Below, piece after piece: positions 28,748 through 37,788 of a stretch of 64,000 nt of DNA. The translations under genes were made by a program, and so were the position numbers. The notes beneath the pieces are model-generated. The model did not search any database. It had not been told where the DNA came from and was given only the letters and a program-made list of their open reading frames with translations. The stretch comes from an uncultured Planctomycetota bacterium (lineage in GTDB: Bacteria; Planctomycetota; Phycisphaerae; Tepidisphaerales; Tepidisphaeraceae), in contig CAWJEN010000005.1 in NCBI GenBank assembly GCA_963841915.1, forward strand, positions 384,001 to 448,000, given 5' to 3'. Numbering within the stretch: the stretch's first letter is position 1; each line of letters begins with the position of its first letter.

Positions 28748-30367
28748 GTGAATCTGCTCCGCCTCGCATCTCGCCACCGCACAAAGACCCGACGCGTCAT
28801 CCCACGCGCTCGGCGTGACTTGTCGCCGGCACAGCTGTTCGTCCTGAGTTTCGTCGGCCTTGTGGTCGCCGGTGCCGTCGGCTTCCGCGTGCTACCTGGG
28901 CTTTACGCCCCCGGGGCCGATCGGCTGTCGTGGATCGACGCGCTCTTCACCTCGACCAGTGCCGTCTGCGTGACCGGCCTCATCGTCGTCGACACCGCCA
29001 CCCACTTCTCCAGGCTCGGGCAGGCATACGTCCTGCTGCTCATCCAGCTCGGCGGCCTCGGCATGCTCGGGCTCGCCAGCTTCGTCATCCTGACCTTCCG
29101 CGCCCGACTTTCGCTACGACAAGACTCCATCGCCTCGGGTGGCGGCGCAGGCGGGCCCAGCCAAAATGTGCGCACGCGGACGCTCGTTCGCGACGTGCTG
29201 CTCTTCACCTTCTTGGCAGAGTTCATCGGCTTCGTCGCCTTATGGCTGCTGTGGATCGACGACTTCGGCACCATGCACGCCGCTTGGCACGCTTTGTTCC
29301 ACTCGGTCAGCGCCTTCTGCAACGCCGGCTTCAGCACGTTCAGCGACTCGCTCGTCGGCTTCCAACGCGAGCCGCTCACGCTGCTCGTCATCTCCGGTGG
29401 CGTCATCGTCGGCGGCATCGGATTCCTCGCTCTCGAAGAGCTTCGCCTCTGGCTGCGAGCCTGGCGAAAAACCGACGTTGCCCAGTTTCGCCTGTCGCTT
29501 CATACAAGGCTCGTACTCGCCACGACGCTCGTGCTGCTCCTGATCGGCTTTGTCCTCTTCGGTGCTCTCGAGTGGAACAACCCGCAGACGATCGGCCCGA
29601 TGAGCACGATCGACAAGCTCAAAAACGCCTTCTTCATGAGCGTCACGCCCCGAACGGCAGGCTTCAACACGATCGACTACGGGCAGACCCTTCAGGCCAC
29701 GAACTTTACGACCATCCTCTTCATGTCCATCGGCGGAGCCCCGGGCGGCACGGCGGGCGGGCTCAAGGTCACCACCGTCGCTGTCCTCGTCATGATGGCC
29801 TGGTCACGCCTCAAGGCCCGCGCGACCGTCGACGTCTGGGACCGCACGATCCCGTCTGTCACCACGCTGCGAGCGGTCGGATTGTTCGCCTTCAGCTTCG
29901 CCCTCGTGACGGCGGGCATCTTCATGGCAGCCGTCGTGGAGCTCGATCAACGCAGCGAGCAGACGGTCGCGCTGGAGGCCGACGGCTCAGCGACAGCCGT
30001 CGACCTTGCGCCGGAGCAGCCGTTCTCCCCGGCCACGATGCCCTCGACGCAGCCGGCCAGCACGCAACCGTCGACCCAGCCGGCCCAGGAACCACCCGCC
30101 CGCGACGTCCGCCCCGTTCCGCCGGTCCGCCCGATCGAGCCGACCGCCTTCCTAGACGTAATGTTCGAGGCCGTCAGCGCATTCAACACGGTCGGCCTCT
30201 CCACCGGCATTACGCCCAGCCTGACCGACTCAGGTCGCGTGCTGACGATCCTGCTCATGTTCGTCGGCCGTGTCGGCCCCCTCACCATCGCCGCCGCGCT
30301 GAGCCGCAACCTGCCCACCAGCCGCAGCTTCAAGCGCTACGCCCACGAAGACGTCGCAGTGGGCTGA
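28748..30367 (+). CDS. ktrB: Ktr/Trk potassium uptake membrane subunit
   Basis: LFTSTSAVCVTGL, SVSAFCNAGFS, TPRTAGFNT, GGTAGGLK, SAFNTVGLS and MFVGRVG pore motifs. Confidence 0.92.
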   Translation: MNLLRLASRHRTKTRRVIPRARRDLSPAQLFVLSFVGLVVAGAVGFRVLPGLYAPGADRLSWIDALFTSTSAVCVTGLIVVDTATHFSRLGQAYVLLLIQLGGLGMLGLASFVILTFRARLSLRQDSIASGGGAGGPSQNVRTRTLVRDVLLFTFLAEFIGFVALWLLWIDDFGTMHAAWHALFHSVSAFCNAGFSTFSDSLVGFQREPLTLLVISGGVIVGGIGFLALEELRLWLRAWRKTDVAQFRLSLHTRLVLATTLVLLLIGFVLFGALEWNNPQTIGPMSTIDKLKNAFFMSVTPRTAGFNTIDYGQTLQATNFTTILFMSIGGAPGGTAGGLKVTTVAVLVMMAWSRLKARATVDVWDRTIPSVTTLRAVGLFAFSFALVTAGIFMAAVVELDQRSEQTVALEADGSATAVDLAPEQPFSPATMPSTQPASTQPSTQPAQEPPARDVRPVPPVRPIEPTAFLDVMFEAVSAFNTVGLSTGITPSLTDSGRVLTILLMFVGRVGPLTIAAALSRNLPTSRSFKRYAHEDVAVG

Positions 30368-30567
30368 GCTCGTGGTTCTTTTCATTGAGCCGCAAGCGAC
30401 CTGAAGGCATCAATCCCCAATTGGGCACAGGGTCTTCTTTCTGCTCTCGGATGACATGCCTCCCACGCCTGCCGTTAAAGTTCTGCCTCCTATCCGGGTG
30501 CATGCCTCCCTTGCCACGCCGCTACCCGCCGCGTCGCCCCGCCGACAGGTACACGTCTTCCAGACGT

Positions 30568-30590
30568 GCCCGCGACCCCTTTACCTGCCC
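30568..30590 (-). repeat. REP copy, left boundary of the cargo
   Basis: Reverse complement reads GGGCAGGTAAAGGGGTCGCGGGC, same family as the 21.5-kb array. Confidence 0.75.
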
Positions 30591-30759
30591 GATAACGGTC
30601 GCCCCGCAGGCATTGCGGTAGAAGTCGGCCGGCCCCGCGCCGCCTATCCTGGCGTAGGCGTAACCGGCCGCTTGCATGGCGTGGAGACCCGGTGCCACGG
30701 CTTGAGCCGCCGTCTGAGGCGGGCAAGCCGTGTAGGGTTAGGAGCGTCACGGACACGGG

Positions 30760-31467
30760 TTGCCCGCATCGGAATGCGGCTCAATCCGTGGCACCGGGCT
30801 TACTGGCGGCTACTACCTTCGTGCGCCCGCACCGGTGAAGACGCTGACCACGTTTGACCCCGTCAACCGTCCTTCCGGCATTCCCTTCTTCGACACGATC
30901 ATCCGCAACACGATCCAAGGCACGGGCCCGCTGCGGTCGAACGTCAATCGCTTCGTGAACCTGTTCCAAGGCGAGAATAACGGCAAGAGCCCGGCGGACG
31001 GCGTGGACGATCCGACCTCACCCTTCAGCTTCACCCGCTTCGGCACGAGCGAGCCGCGGCCCGGCCACGGCGAGCGACCCGACGAACCTGGCTGGCAGGA
31101 CGTTACTGCCGCCACGGCAGCACCGGGCTCCGGTGCCTGGAACATGCTCCAGCCGTCCTTCACCGGCAATGCCTTCGACGCCTCGGCAGCTGCCGACGTG
31201 GTGCAGATCGACGTCAACCGCAGCGGCGGGGAAGACCCGGGTGTCGCGGGCAACGAATATGCGTGGAAGGACCGCTTCTACTACACGAACAACTTCTACC
31301 TTGACGGCACGGGACAGACCTACGGCCCCAGCGCCTTCAATGACAACGGCGGCGTGTATGGTCGTCACGCCAACCATACGCTGATCGTGCCCTACGCCTA
31401 CGAGTGGCTCTTCGCCGAGATGACCGGCTATGAGCAGGACTATCACCAATACGTGGTGCAGCGATGA
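30760..31467 (+). pseudogene. 5'-truncated C-terminal domain of a putative alpha/beta-hydrolase (lipase-like) toxin
   Basis: No convincing start; VKTLTTFDPV..NV..F.NLFQ...NHTLI pattern; stop codon overlaps the next ATG (ATGA). Confidence 0.5.
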
Positions 31468-32022
31468 GGCAAGTGATCTACCTCCTAAGCGTTCTTCTCA
31501 TGGTCTCAACAGGCTGCTCCAGCCGTCAGCGTCCGACACTTGCGGACGAGCGGATGCCGGAACTTTCGCAGCGAATGGGGCTGGGACAGGAATGGAGTGT
31601 ACGAGGTAACACATAAGATCGAAGTGAGAGGAAGTAAGGAGTTCAACACCACCCTTATCCTCCATGCTCCAGGAGTCAGCAATCCTGTCGGGGTGTCGAC
31701 AGATACGTTCCTTGCTCCCGGCACTCGCCTCCGCACGGATCACGTATGGTTCACACCACCTGAAAAAGGAGTTGGTGTGGCGTCAAGCGTCATCGTCACG
31801 ATGAGGGTGCTACCGGATCACCCCTTCGACCTGCCGCTTTCGCCTGGCAACCTACCCCTGAACTGGATCGCCGCCGGCCAGACGGGCCGGGCTAACGCCT
31901 ACCTCTTACCGGCCAGCCATGCCCGGCTCGTGGAGGATCACGAGCGGACGCCGGAGGATCTAGATCGTGCCCCTGACGAAGAAGCAGGAATGGCCCAAGG
32001 CGCCGGTTCAAGCGGTTTGTGA
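31464..32022 (+). pseudogene. Putative lipoprotein immunity gene, copy 1 (frameshifted)
   Basis: MRQVIYLLSVLLMVSTGC lipoprotein-type signal; frameshift near 31590-31600, continues YEVTHKIEV...NWIAAGQTGRANAYLLPASHARLVEDHE. Confidence 0.6.
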
Positions 32023-32164
32023 GCAGCGCCTTCATGACAACGACAACGGCGGCGTGTATGGCCGTCACGCCAACCATACGCTGATCGTGCCCTACGCCTG
32101 ACGAGTGGCTCTTCGCCGAGATGACCGGCTATGAGCAGGACTATCACCAATACGTGGTGCAGCG

Positions 32165-32831
32165 ATGAGGCAAGTGATCTTCCTAAGCGTTCTTCTCATG
32201 GTCTCAACTGCGAATTGGAAGGCGACAGCCGATGCTGTGACAGAGGATGACGAGGCTGCTCGCAGCCGTCAGCGTCCGACACTGAGTGCGGACGAGCGGA
32301 TGCCGGAACTTTCGCAGCGAGTGGGGCTGGGACAGGAGTATGAGGTAACAGAGAAGAATTCATCCCTCGGAGATCCTGCGGAGCACAGACGGATTCGATA
32401 CTTTCGCGGCTCAAGCTGACACAGCGGAGCAATCATCTCGACGAGAGCCGGCCGCCTCTGTCGGAGTTCCTCGGAAAGTGCAATTGCTCAAGAGCGGGCC
32501 TAACACGGGGACGCACCTTGGCTGACAGTCTTCTCCCGGTCCACGTGTCCGGCGAACACGTCTGGTTTTTGGCTCGGCCGAACGAGGCGTGGGAGTCGCA
32601 TCAGGCATCGGCGTCACGATGCGTGTCTTGCCAGAGCACCCCTTCGAGTACGCTCTGAAGCCTGGCGACCTCCCAACAAACTGGATCGCCGCAGGCCAGA
32701 CGGGCCGGGCTAACGCTTACCTCTTGCCGGCCAGCCACGCCCGGCTCGTGGAGGATCACGAGCTAACGCCGGAGGACGAGATCACGCCCCTGACGAAGCA
32801 GCAGGAGTGGCCAAGGGGCTTCAAGCGTTAG
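32165..32831 (+). pseudogene. Putative lipoprotein immunity gene, copy 2 (disrupted)
   Basis: Paralog of copy 1 with an insertion of about 44 nt at the lipobox and internal stops; ends ...QQEWPRGFKR* at the REP. Confidence 0.6.
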
Positions 32832-32856
32832 GGCAGATAAAGGGGTCGCGAGCCTT
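32831..32856 (+). repeat. REP copy, right boundary of the cargo
   Basis: GGGCAGATAAAGGGGTCGCGAGCCTT. Confidence 0.85.
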
Positions 32857-32878
32857 GGATGCCTTGGTAGCGTGCCTG

Positions 32879-33019
32879 ATGCCACGCACGCCTCGTGAAG
32901 CGCCCGGCGAATTCGTCTACCACGTGCTCAATCAAGCCGTTGCCCGTCCCGCTACCTGCGAGTCAGGCGGCGACGACGCAGCGTTCGTCTAGGTCTTTCG
33001 CCAAGCCGTCGAGCGGCAG
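32879..33019 (+). pseudogene. RAYT transposase N-terminal fragment
   Basis: MPRTPREAPGEFVYHVLNQAVAR...DDAAFV*VFRQAVERQ; matches the MPR..R....YHV.NR start of Y1/RAYT transposases; premature TAG at 32990. Confidence 0.75.
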
Positions 33020-33106
33020 GATGGACTGGCCAACGAGGGCAAGGCGAACCGGGTCGATGTATAGGCGTGGTGCCCCACCCCCACCCCCACCTCCACCCAT
33101 CCCCGT

Positions 33107-33140
33107 CGGTCGGCGGTCGGCGGTCGGCGGTCGGCGGTCG
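33107..33140 (+). repeat. Heptamer tandem repeat (CGGTCGG)x4.9
   Basis: Read directly; preceded by CCCCCA-type repeats at 33073-33104. Confidence 0.8.
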
Positions 33141-33224
33141 TGGGTTAGTGTTCTTCTGTTACCCGCCTGCCGCGGCCGCAAATCGGTCGCGGCTTGGCGA
33201 TCAACACGCTCGTAGCCTCTGGCG

Positions 33225-33878
33225 ATGAAGCGTTACGTCATTGTCGGCCTCGGCAACTTTGGCAGCAGTGTCTGCGAGACGCTGTACGCCCGCGGGCATG
33301 AGGTCATCGCCGTCGATATGCGGGAAGAGGCGGTCGATCGCGTCGCACAATTCGCCAGTCGGTCGGCAGTGGCGGATGGCACGGACGTCTCGGTCCTGCG
33401 GCGGCTCGGGGCCGAGGGGGCGGATGCAGGCGTCGTCGGCACGGGTGACGACATCTCAGCGAGCATCCTGGCGTCGATGGCGCTCAAGGACATCAAGGTC
33501 GAGCAGACCATCGCCAAGGTCATCTCCAATGAGCACGACCGCGTCATGAAAAAGCTCGGCGTCGACGAGACCGTCTTCCCCGAACGCGACACGGCCCAAA
33601 ATCTTGTCGCCCGCATGCTCGGGCCGGCGTTGCTGAACTATGTAAGGCTCGGGCCTGACTACGGGTTGCAGGAGATGGCGGTCCCCAACAAGTGGGACGG
33701 CCGCACGCTTCGCGACCTCAACCTGCGGCAAAAGCACGGCGTCCTCGTCGTCGGCATCCACGACGTGCTCACCGACACCGTCCGCAGCCCCGACCCCGAC
33801 GCGGTGCTGACCGACAGTGACGGCCTGCTCATCAGCGGAAGCATCAAAGATCTCGAGCACGTGGCAGAGATCAAGTAG
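33225..33878 (+). CDS. ktrA: Ktr/Trk potassium uptake RCK regulatory subunit
   Basis: VIVGLGNFG, VIAVD, VFPERD motifs and a TrkA-C domain. Confidence 0.92.
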   Translation: MKRYVIVGLGNFGSSVCETLYARGHEVIAVDMREEAVDRVAQFASRSAVADGTDVSVLRRLGAEGADAGVVGTGDDISASILASMALKDIKVEQTIAKVISNEHDRVMKKLGVDETVFPERDTAQNLVARMLGPALLNYVRLGPDYGLQEMAVPNKWDGRTLRDLNLRQKHGVLVVGIHDVLTDTVRSPDPDAVLTDSDGLLISGSIKDLEHVAEIK

Positions 33879-33879
33879 A

Positions 33880-34650
33880 TCACGTCAGCACCGTGCTGAG
33901 CCGCTCCATGCGATCGGGTGCGGTCAGGTCCAGCTGTAGGGGCGTGACCACCAGGGCCTTGTCGCGGAGGCCGGCGACATCGGTGCCTTCGGCCCCGCCG
34001 GTCAGGCGGAAGACGCCGCTGTTCCAGTAGTAGCTTTGGCCGCGTGGGCTGGTGCGTTTCTCGAAGGCGTCGTCGAGCGGGCGGATGCACTGTGGCACAA
34101 CGCGGGTGTCGACGGGCTCTTCGCCCTGGGCGACGGCAGGGACATTGATGTTGACGACCTCGCCGGGCTTGACGGCTTTGGCATCCCACAGCGGCTCGAT
34201 CACCCGCATCGCCAGCGTGGCCGCCCAGTCGTAGTCGTCGGCAACGTCCTTGTGGAGGTACTTGCTGACGGCGATTGAGGGCTTGCCGAGGAAAGCGCCT
34301 TCGACGGCTGCGGCGACGGTGCCGCTGTAGAAGACGTTGATACCGGCGTTGGCGCCCATGTTGATGCCGCTGACGACGAGGTCGACGTCCGGGCACAACT
34401 CCACGAGGGCGAGCTTGGTGCAGTCGGCCGGTCTGCCACCGACGGCGGTGCCGGTCATGCCGTCGGCGGTGGTGACCTGGGCGACCATGAGCGGTTCAGA
34501 CAACGTCACGCCGTGACCGGTGGCCGACTGGTGTGTTTCGGGGGCGACAACGGTGACATCAGCCCACTTGGACAAAGCTCGCCACATTGCGGCGATGCCG
34601 GGTGCGCGAAGGCCGTCATCATTCGTCAGCAAAACGCGTGGGCGAGGCAT
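33880..34650 (-). CDS. surE: 5'/3'-nucleotidase SurE
   Basis: LLTNDDG..APGI, VVAP...QS, PADC, VVSGIN.G.N..YSGTVAAA. Confidence 0.95.
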   Translation of the reverse strand: MPRPRVLLTNDDGLRAPGIAAMWRALSKWADVTVVAPETHQSATGHGVTLSEPLMVAQVTTADGMTGTAVGGRPADCTKLALVELCPDVDLVVSGINMGANAGINVFYSGTVAAAVEGAFLGKPSIAVSKYLHKDVADDYDWAATLAMRVIEPLWDAKAVKPGEVVNINVPAVAQGEEPVDTRVVPQCIRPLDDAFEKRTSPRGQSYYWNSGVFRLTGGAEGTDVAGLRDKALVVTPLQLDLTAPDRMERLSTVLT

Positions 34651-34757
34651 GCGACGAGGCTACGGGGCCCAATCGGTGACGCTGTACCCAGCCGCGCCAT
34701 CAGGAATGACGCGAAGATCTGATACAGCCTCCTATGCTGCCCGCCCGTCTCTCCATC

Positions 34758-35666
34758 ATGCCCGATCTCCAGGCAAAGCTTCGCGGCGCGTTCACGGCCC
34801 TCGTCACACCGTTCGATGAGAGCGGCAAGCTGGACGAACATCGCTTCCGCGAGCAGATCGACTTCCAGATCGACGGCGGCATCGACGGCCTCGTGCCCGT
34901 CGGCACCACGGGCGAGTCGCCGACGCTCGCATTTGACGAGCATAAACGCGTCATCGAGTTGGCGGTCGAGCAGGTCGCCGGTCGGGTGCCGGTCATCGCC
35001 GGGGCCGGGGCAAACAACACAGAAGAGGCCGCCGAGCTGCACGCCTTTGCGGCAAGTGTCGGCGTCGATGCCGTCTTGAGCGTTAATCCGTATTACAACA
35101 AGCCGACGCAGGAAGGGCTTTACCGCCACTTCATGACGCTCGGCGAGCGGGCAGATGTGCCGATCGTGCTGTACAACATTCCCGGCCGAACGAACGTGAC
35201 GATGGCACCCGACACCGTCGCCCGCCTGCTGAAGAATGGCCGCGTCGTCGCCATGAAAGAGGCGACCGGCGACGTCGGCATGGTCACGAAATACTTCGAA
35301 GCGTGCGACGACGCAGACGCCGGCGACCTCATCGTTCTCAGCGGTGACGATCCGCTCACGCTTCCGATGATGGCGGTCGGCGCGACGGGTGTCATCAGCG
35401 TCGCCAGCAACCTCATTCCGGGTCGCGTCGCAGACTTGTGTCGGCTCGCGCTAGCCGGTGAGTTCGGGACAGCGCATGCGGTCCACCGAGAGATCTGTCG
35501 GCTGAGCGTGCCGTTGTTCCTTAATGGCAACCCCGCAGGTGTGAAGCACGCGATGAAGCAAAGCGGCCGTGACAGCGGCGTGCTGCGGTTGCCGCTCGTT
35601 CCGGTGAGCGATGACGTTGCCGCCATGATCGACGCCGCGTTGGGTCGCGTGGAGACATCGTCATGA
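34758..35666 (+). CDS. dapA: 4-hydroxy-tetrahydrodipicolinate synthase
   Basis: ALVTPF, GTTGESPTL, PYYNKP, YNIPGRT, KEATG and SGDD motifs. Confidence 0.95.
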   Translation: MPDLQAKLRGAFTALVTPFDESGKLDEHRFREQIDFQIDGGIDGLVPVGTTGESPTLAFDEHKRVIELAVEQVAGRVPVIAGAGANNTEEAAELHAFAASVGVDAVLSVNPYYNKPTQEGLYRHFMTLGERADVPIVLYNIPGRTNVTMAPDTVARLLKNGRVVAMKEATGDVGMVTKYFEACDDADAGDLIVLSGDDPLTLPMMAVGATGVISVASNLIPGRVADLCRLALAGEFGTAHAVHREICRLSVPLFLNGNPAGVKHAMKQSGRDSGVLRLPLVPVSDDVAAMIDAALGRVETSS

Positions 35667-37267
35667 CGCGGTTGTGTGTTCCGATTTTCGTCCGATCGGC
35701 TGAGCAGGCCCAGCGGGATGCGTTTGTCGCCGTCGAACGCGGTGCCGAGGTGATCGAGCTTCGGCTCGATGCGCTGGCCGACGAAGAGCTTGACGACATC
35801 GACAGCTTCGAGATCAAGATGCTCGTCGAGCTGGTCCAACGGCTCGCCGAGGCCAACGTCCGCTGCATTCTGACCCTTCGCGGCGGTGACGAGGGTGGCA
35901 AGACAGACGCCGACGACGGCACCCGCTTCACACGACTGGCCCACCTGGCGTCGAAGGTCTCGGCCTACGTCGACCTCGAATGGCGACCGATGAGCCGGGC
36001 CGGCGGGTGGCCGATGGCCTTTCTGGATCTTGCCGGGGATGGGCAGTTGAAGTTCGTCGTCAGCGCCCACGACTTCGACACGCGGCCGAGCGATCTCATC
36101 GGCGTCTTTGCCGAGATGAGTCAGAGCCGGGCGGATGTGGCCAAGATCGCCTGGCGGGCGCGGAGCGTCCGCGACAACGTCGAGGCCTTTGAGCTGCTGC
36201 GCGAGGCCGCCAAGCCGAGCATCGCGATTTGCATGGGCGAAGCTGGCCTGCCGAGTCGCGTGCTGGCTCGAAAGTTCAACGCGCACCTGAGCTTTGCCAG
36301 CCTCGACGGCGAGGCGGCGACGGCCGACGGGCAGGTGCCGATCGACTCGATGAAGCGGCTGTACCGCTGGGACGCGATCGGCAGGGCGACAAAGGTCTAT
36401 GGCGTTGTCGGTCACCCCGTCGCCCACAGCCGCAGCCCTCACGTCCACAACGCCGCCTTTGATGCCCTGGAGCACGACGGCGTCTATCTGCCGTTGCTCG
36501 TCGAGCCCGGTTACGAGTCGTTCAAGGCACTCATGGAGACGTGGCTGCCGTTCGAGCCGCTCGACGTGTGCGGCCTGAGCGTGACGCTTCCGCACAAGGA
36601 GCACGCCCTCCAGTACGCTCGTGAAGTCGGCGCAGACGTCGACGAAGTCTCTGACAGCGTCGGGGCCGTCAATACGTTCTCTATCGAGCGGTCCAACGGC
36701 AAGCCGCAACTGGTGGCTCGCAATACCGATTTCGGCGCGATTCTGGCGACCGTTGCCGAAGCACTCGACATGCCGAGCGATCGACTTCGCGGCACGAGCG
36801 TGGGCATACTCGGTGCCGGTGGCACGGGTCGAACCGCCGTCGCTGCCTTTGCGAGCCTGGGGTGTGACGTGACGATCTACAACCGCACGCGTCAGCGGGC
36901 CGATGACCTCGCTGAAGAGTTCAACGGCGTGGCAGGCAGCGACATCAAGGCTGCCGGTGTCGGCGCGATCGCTGAAGGCAAGCACCGAGTCTGGGTCAAC
37001 ACCACCAGCCTCGGCATGTCGCCCAAGATCGATGAATCCGCTTTCGGCGATGCCGCCCCGGCATCGATCGACGGTGACACGCTCGTCTTCGACACGATCT
37101 ACACACCCGCCGAGACGAAACTGCTCAGACAGGCCAAAGACGCCGGGGCTACCACGGTCAACGGCAGCGCGATGTTCTTGCACCAGGCGGCTGCACAATG
37201 CCGGTTGTGGACCGGTAGCGACGCCCCGCTCGACATCATGCGGCAAGCGTTCACCGCTGCCCATTGA
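35663..37267 (+). CDS. aroDE: Bifunctional type I 3-dehydroquinate dehydratase / shikimate dehydrogenase
   Basis: ELRLD, SAHDF, MGEAGL.SR; then G.PVAHSRSP.VHN, VTLPHK, GAVNT, NTD and GAGG. Confidence 0.92.
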   Translation: MTRLCVPIFVRSAEQAQRDAFVAVERGAEVIELRLDALADEELDDIDSFEIKMLVELVQRLAEANVRCILTLRGGDEGGKTDADDGTRFTRLAHLASKVSAYVDLEWRPMSRAGGWPMAFLDLAGDGQLKFVVSAHDFDTRPSDLIGVFAEMSQSRADVAKIAWRARSVRDNVEAFELLREAAKPSIAICMGEAGLPSRVLARKFNAHLSFASLDGEAATADGQVPIDSMKRLYRWDAIGRATKVYGVVGHPVAHSRSPHVHNAAFDALEHDGVYLPLLVEPGYESFKALMETWLPFEPLDVCGLSVTLPHKEHALQYAREVGADVDEVSDSVGAVNTFSIERSNGKPQLVARNTDFGAILATVAEALDMPSDRLRGTSVGILGAGGTGRTAVAAFASLGCDVTIYNRTRQRADDLAEEFNGVAGSDIKAAGVGAIAEGKHRVWVNTTSLGMSPKIDESAFGDAAPASIDGDTLVFDTIYTPAETKLLRQAKDAGATTVNGSAMFLHQAAAQCRLWTGSDAPLDIMRQAFTAAH

Positions 37268-37325
37268 CCGCCGCGTGCACGGGCCTACAGTGCCCGCCCG
37301 CCCTTCCCAAAGCGGAACCAGACCG

Positions 37326-37760
37326 ATGAGCACGACTTCCTACCTGGCCAAACCCGGCGAACTGACCGCACAGTGGCACGTCGTAGACGCCACCGACCTC
37401 GTGCTGGGCCGCCTTGCTGCCAAGCTCGCGACAGTCCTGCAGGGCAAGCACAAGCCGACTTACACCCCGCACGTCGATACCGGTGACTTTGTCATTGTCC
37501 TCAACGCTGACAAGATCAACGTCACCGGCAAAAAGGCCGAGCAACGGACGTATCAGACGTACAGCGGCTATCCGAGCGGCCAGCACATCTATTCGTACGA
37601 GGCGATGAACGAGAAGCACCCTGAGAAGGTCATCGAGCTCGCCGTTCGCCGGATGCTTCCCAAGAGCAAGCTCGGCCGCCAGATGCTCTCGAAGCTCAAG
37701 ATTTACAGTGGCACCGACCACAACCACCAGGCCCAGCAGCCGACGCCGCTGTCGATCTGA
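37326..37760 (+). CDS. rplM: 50S ribosomal protein L13
   Basis: WHVVDA...LGRLA, GKHKPTYTPHVDTGD, AVRRMLPK, HQAQQP. Confidence 0.97.
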   Translation: MSTTSYLAKPGELTAQWHVVDATDLVLGRLAAKLATVLQGKHKPTYTPHVDTGDFVIVLNADKINVTGKKAEQRTYQTYSGYPSGQHIYSYEAMNEKHPEKVIELAVRRMLPKSKLGRQMLSKLKIYSGTDHNHQAQQPTPLSI

Positions 37761-37788
37761 GTTCCTGCACCCTCTTTAAACGCCACCG

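Noticed and set aside
31329..32831. Diversity-generating retroelement TR/VR pair
   Set aside because: Differences are not adenine-specific, include many indels, and no reverse transcriptase is present.
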